A DNA stretch of 64,000 nucleotides from positions 1 through 64,000 of IMG/VR virus record IMGVR_UViG_2551306228_000004; one strand, written 5' to 3'. The first letter of the stretch is position 1, and each line of letters begins with the position of its first letter. The DNA comes from a virus (taxonomy: Duplodnaviria > Caudoviricetes). The notes under the pieces are model-generated. The model saw only the letters and a list, made by a program, of their open reading frames with translations. It was not told the origin of the DNA and searched no databases. Shown in pieces: positions 60,778 to 64,000 of this stretch. A program made the position numbers and the translations under genes.

Positions 60778-61020
60778 CTAAATGGTAATCTGAGTCACAA
60801 AAGCACCCGCGGCTCCCACCATGACTCCACCAACAATTTCTAGAATGGCATTTCGGACACCTGGCCCACCATCTTTAATGTTGGTTGAAAGGTTGATAAT
60901 GCCCATTACAACAAGAAAGGCTCCTACTGCAATTAAGCCTTTTTGTAATAGAGACATGGCTTGGGAGAACATGGAGCTGGCGTCCACTCCGTAAACAAAG
61001 CCTGTTAGTTTTTGATTCAT
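60778..61020 (-). CDS. VirB2-like small 2-TM protein
   Basis: 80 aa, GAGG RBS, between virD4 and virB6. Confidence 0.75.
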   Translation of the reverse strand: MNQKLTGFVYGVDASSMFSQAMSLLQKGLIAVGAFLVVMGIINLSTNIKDGGPGVRNAILEIVGGVMVGAAGAFVTQITI

Positions 61021-61037
61021 ATAATTCCTCATTTCTA

Positions 61038-62855
61038 TTAATGTAATGTCGTTTCTGTGCTTAAATCCCTTATTTTATGACCTGACAAATCTACCTCTTC
61101 CTCAGCGGTTAGGGGATCGATGTGATAGTGCCACCAGCGTTCATCAGATTCCTTATCCGCAAGCCATTTCCAATTCTTATGTTTGAGTGGAAAATATTTC
61201 TTGGTTCGAAAAACAGGAACCCCTGCAATGCGTACAAGACATTCATCTCGTTTCATATTCCCTACTTCATCAGCCGTCATCAAGTCACGAGCAATTTTCT
61301 GGTGAGAGGTGGAACTTGAGCCAGTCTGCCCAAAAGAACGACTGGTACTTCTGACATCAATGGTTTGTTTGCCTAATAGACCACTCATAAATTTGAAAGT
61401 TTCCTCGTCATTTCCACCCAAATAGAGGAGGCTGTCACAGTTCCCCAGTATAGTTTTCCAAGCCTCTTTTTCCTTATAAAGTCCTTGGAGTTGAGCAATA
61501 TTTTGCAAGATTGGAACTAGACTCATGTTCCTAGAGCGAACTGTTGAGGTTTGTTCAGCGAAGTCGGGGATTTCTCCGACATTCGCAAACTCATCCAGAT
61601 AACTTCTAACATGAATAGGCAGGTGCCCTTTAAAGTCAACATCAGCCTGTCTGGTCAAAGTGGAAAAAACCGTAGAGAAAAATAAAGCAGATAGGAAACG
61701 AAAGGTCGTATCATTGTCTGGAATAACAAGATAGACCATGGTCTTTTGAGTGCCCCACGTTTTCAAATCCATAGTGTCTCTTTGCGTCAAATCAATCACC
61801 GATTGGATATTAAAGAGGGCAAATTTAGCTGTTGTGACCGCAATCACCGAATCCAATGTCTTATCCTTATAGTTTTGAAAATCTGCCCAGTTTCTCATGG
61901 TAAAGTTCTCGTGACCGTATTTTTTAGCGTAATCTTCAAACAGGACTTCAAGAACACTTTTGTCCTGATTATCTCCCTTTGATAAGAGTTTGATGAGTTT
62001 ACCAATCTCAGAAAAGGCTGGATAACGGCCACGCTTACGTCTTGCTTCCTGCTCTTCCTTGGAACTTCCTGGAGGATTGTAAAAATCCACCAAATAAGAG
62101 GCAATAGCTCTCACCAATGTCATGGAAGCCTCGTCCCAAAATGGATCACTGCGAGAACCATTTCCTTTGGTATTATTAAAATAGACCGTTAACATGCGGT
62201 TCAAATCATTCTCTGTTTCTACAAAACGAAAGGGATTAAAACCGTCTGAATTGGTCATATTAACCAAGTCTAAAACCTTGACCTGATAACCGTTTTCTAA
62301 AAAGAGTTTACCTGTCTTCTCAGCCAAATGGTCTTTCGGATCTACGACAATATTGGAACAATTAAGTTGGATAAGGTTGGGTTTAACAAATCGAAAGGTC
62401 TTGCCTGCCCCAGAACCCCCAATGACAATCAAATTTTTATTTCGGTCAAACTGGGGTTTCTTCCTTTCCAACAAGGTTAGACGAACATCACGAGCCAAAA
62501 TCGTGTCATTGAAAGGATTCTTACTGTAAAAGTTCCGCTTTTCCTTACTGTTTCCAAATCGTGCAGAACCGTATTCTTCCCCTTCTCGATAGACCTTCTG
62601 TCCTGTCGATACATAAAGATAGACTAGCGTCATCGTTAGAACCCCAAGGATAAAGGCAAGAAGAGATTTTTGAGTAAAGGAAAATAGCCATAAAGGATTG
62701 AAAACCTGATTTAACCCCTCTCCTAAGAGGTAGGCAATACGTTCCATAGGTGGGGCATTGGTTAAACTATCATAGAGCAGGGTTAGACGATGGCAGAAAT
62801 AACCAAAGGCGAGCCCCAAGAGTCCAAAGACAAATGCTTTTTGCCTGGAATACAT
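61038..62855 (-). CDS. virD4: VirD4/TraG coupling protein
   Basis: YGSARF, GGSGAGKT, DPK, LDEFAN, LQNIAQL. Confidence 0.95.
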   Translation of the reverse strand: MYSRQKAFVFGLLGLAFGYFCHRLTLLYDSLTNAPPMERIAYLLGEGLNQVFNPLWLFSFTQKSLLAFILGVLTMTLVYLYVSTGQKVYREGEEYGSARFGNSKEKRNFYSKNPFNDTILARDVRLTLLERKKPQFDRNKNLIVIGGSGAGKTFRFVKPNLIQLNCSNIVVDPKDHLAEKTGKLFLENGYQVKVLDLVNMTNSDGFNPFRFVETENDLNRMLTVYFNNTKGNGSRSDPFWDEASMTLVRAIASYLVDFYNPPGSSKEEQEARRKRGRYPAFSEIGKLIKLLSKGDNQDKSVLEVLFEDYAKKYGHENFTMRNWADFQNYKDKTLDSVIAVTTAKFALFNIQSVIDLTQRDTMDLKTWGTQKTMVYLVIPDNDTTFRFLSALFFSTVFSTLTRQADVDFKGHLPIHVRSYLDEFANVGEIPDFAEQTSTVRSRNMSLVPILQNIAQLQGLYKEKEAWKTILGNCDSLLYLGGNDEETFKFMSGLLGKQTIDVRSTSRSFGQTGSSSTSHQKIARDLMTADEVGNMKRDECLVRIAGVPVFRTKKYFPLKHKNWKWLADKESDERWWHYHIDPLTAEEEVDLSGHKIRDLSTETTLH

Positions 62856-63343
62856 TACAAGGTCACCTCCTTGGTTTTGACTGCCGAAGGTTCTGTCACT
62901 CTAATTTTCTCTTTGGCCAGTTCTATCTCTTGATCCAAGGTTTTATCAAAGGTTAAACCTTCTAGCTTCTCTGGATTAGACATCAGTTTCTTCAACAATT
63001 CATCCAAGTGATGATCAAGCAAGGTCTTATCCTTGGCATAAAAGTAGAGATAGTCTTTTTGCCAACTAATTGCGATTGGCAGTTTTTCTGACTCCATCAA
63101 CTCCTTAAATTTCTCCACATCGATTGGCTTATCCAATATGTCTTTACTAACATCAATCGCTTCAATGGCGTAAGGGCTTTGAAGAAGTTCTTCCAGTTTT
63201 TGAACCCCAATCTTATAAGCTGAATCTTGAGCTAAGGCTTGCCTAGCCGACCATTCTAAGAGCTTTAAGAGGGTTCTAACTGTCAATAAACTACTTCTTT
63301 CCACGTATTGCATCGCTTGACGTTCTTGTTGTTCAGATGACAT
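62855..63343 (-). CDS. ICE backbone protein upstream of virD4
   Basis: GGAGG RBS at MSSEQ; TAATG coupling to virD4. Confidence 0.75.
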   Translation of the reverse strand: MSSEQQERQAMQYVERSSLLTVRTLLKLLEWSARQALAQDSAYKIGVQKLEELLQSPYAIEAIDVSKDILDKPIDVEKFKELMESEKLPIAISWQKDYLYFYAKDKTLLDHHLDELLKKLMSNPEKLEGLTFDKTLDQEIELAKEKIRVTEPSAVKTKEVTL

Positions 63344-63391
63344 GGTGACCTCCTCTTTTTTTCGATTCCCTCTCAAACATAAGGTGTTTCC

Positions 63392-63424
63392 ATAATACGG
63401 AAGCACTCTTGATTTTGGTATCAC
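63392..63424 (-). promoter_or_regulatory. ICE promoter motif copy 6 (T4SS operon)
   Basis: GTGATA-CCAAAAT-CAAG-N10-TATTAT. Confidence 0.65.
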
Positions 63425-64000
63425 AAGAAAGTTACGACATAAGCCAAACTATTCCAAAGTAAATGTAAGGCGATTGCCGTCATACAATCAGTTTTCAATC
63501 GAACAACAGCCAAGGTCAAGCCAAGACAGCTATACATGAGCCAACTCCCTAACTGATTAGGTCCATGGGATAGAACAAAGAGAAAACTGGTCACGCCTAT
63601 TTGTTCAAAAGGGAATGTCAATTTTTCCCACAGCAATTGCCTGTAAACAATCTCTTCAAGAATACTTGCATTGACCAGAAACAATAAAAAGATAATAGGA
63701 GGAACCTGTTTTCCTACTTGTAACAAGACCGCTTGATTCCTAGACTGAACTGGAAATAGGAAGCTGATGAAGACTGCAAAAGCAACCATACACACAAAAC
63801 CAAGAAGCAACCATCTTAGACGATTGCTTAAGGTTATTTTTTTTGCTTGAAGAGTTTTATGACGGGCAATCTCTAAGCAAGTCACACTTAATAGGACCAA
63901 TTGTAGCAAGACTAATACCTTAATCGACATATAGTCTTGTAGGCATAAACTCACCAGAAGTCCGTTAAGCAGTATGGCTAGATAAAACACCACTATCCTT
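63421..64000 (-). CDS. CPBP/CAAX intramembrane protease (start probably just outside the window)
   Basis: LEEIVYR, FVLSH, HLLWN motifs; frame open to the window edge. Confidence 0.88.
   Translation of the reverse strand, partial: RIVVFYLAILLNGLLVSLCLQDYMSIKVLVLLQLVLLSVTCLEIARHKTLQAKKITLSNRLRWLLLGFVCMVAFAVFISFLFPVQSRNQAVLLQVGKQVPPIIFLLFLVNASILEEIVYRQLLWEKLTFPFEQIGVTSFLFVLSHGPNQLGSWLMYSCLGLTLAVVRLKTDCMTAIALHLLWNSLAYVVTFL

Larger units (their letters stand above)
1170..64000 (-). mobile_element. Tn5252/ICESa2603-family ICE with serine integrase, inserted at rumA (extends past the window)
   Basis: att site + serine recombinase + relaxase/MobC + VirB4/VirB6/VirD4/PrgI/CHAP + SNF2 + AgI/II adhesin in the family gene order. 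Confidence 0.92.

Noticed and set aside
1309-62956. Numerous antisense and alternate-frame ORFs in the track (e.g. 1309-1734, 2982-3275, 12568-12975, 28081-28587, 47758-48210, 57849-58241)
   Set aside because: Shadows of well-supported genes or of cis-acting regions, with no RBS or recognisable motifs

Overview
Most of a streptococcal (Streptococcus suis-like) Tn5252/ICESa2603-family integrative conjugative element, encoded mainly on the minus strand. Its left boundary is an att site in the 3' end of a rumA/rlmD-type gene (about 1139-1179), next to a single large serine recombinase; the other end lies beyond the window. Backbone: serine integrase, relaxase/MobC/oriT, primase, SNF2-methylase-helicase (split by an intact group IIA intron), AgI/II adhesin, CHAP hydrolase, VirB4, PrgI, VirB6, VirB2 and VirD4. 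Cargo: (i) an unannotated orphan class II lanthipeptide precursor with a two-component system, a BceAB-like transporter and a 35-aa membrane peptide; (ii) a DUF4365-like nuclease and an HdiR-UmuC mutagenesis cassette; (iii) a 13.7-kb tet(O) mobilisable element with one end in SNF2 and the other in the 'PPI' gene, flanked by a diverged backbone duplication, whose recombinase is knocked out by a transposase-free delta-omega-epsilon'-erm(B) unit; (iv) an AbiF-like HEPN gene followed by a separately promoted small structured RNA. A promoter motif GTGATA-N7-CAAR-N10-TAnnnT occurs six times, in front of the transfer operons. All family calls are by eye and from memory, not from database searches.
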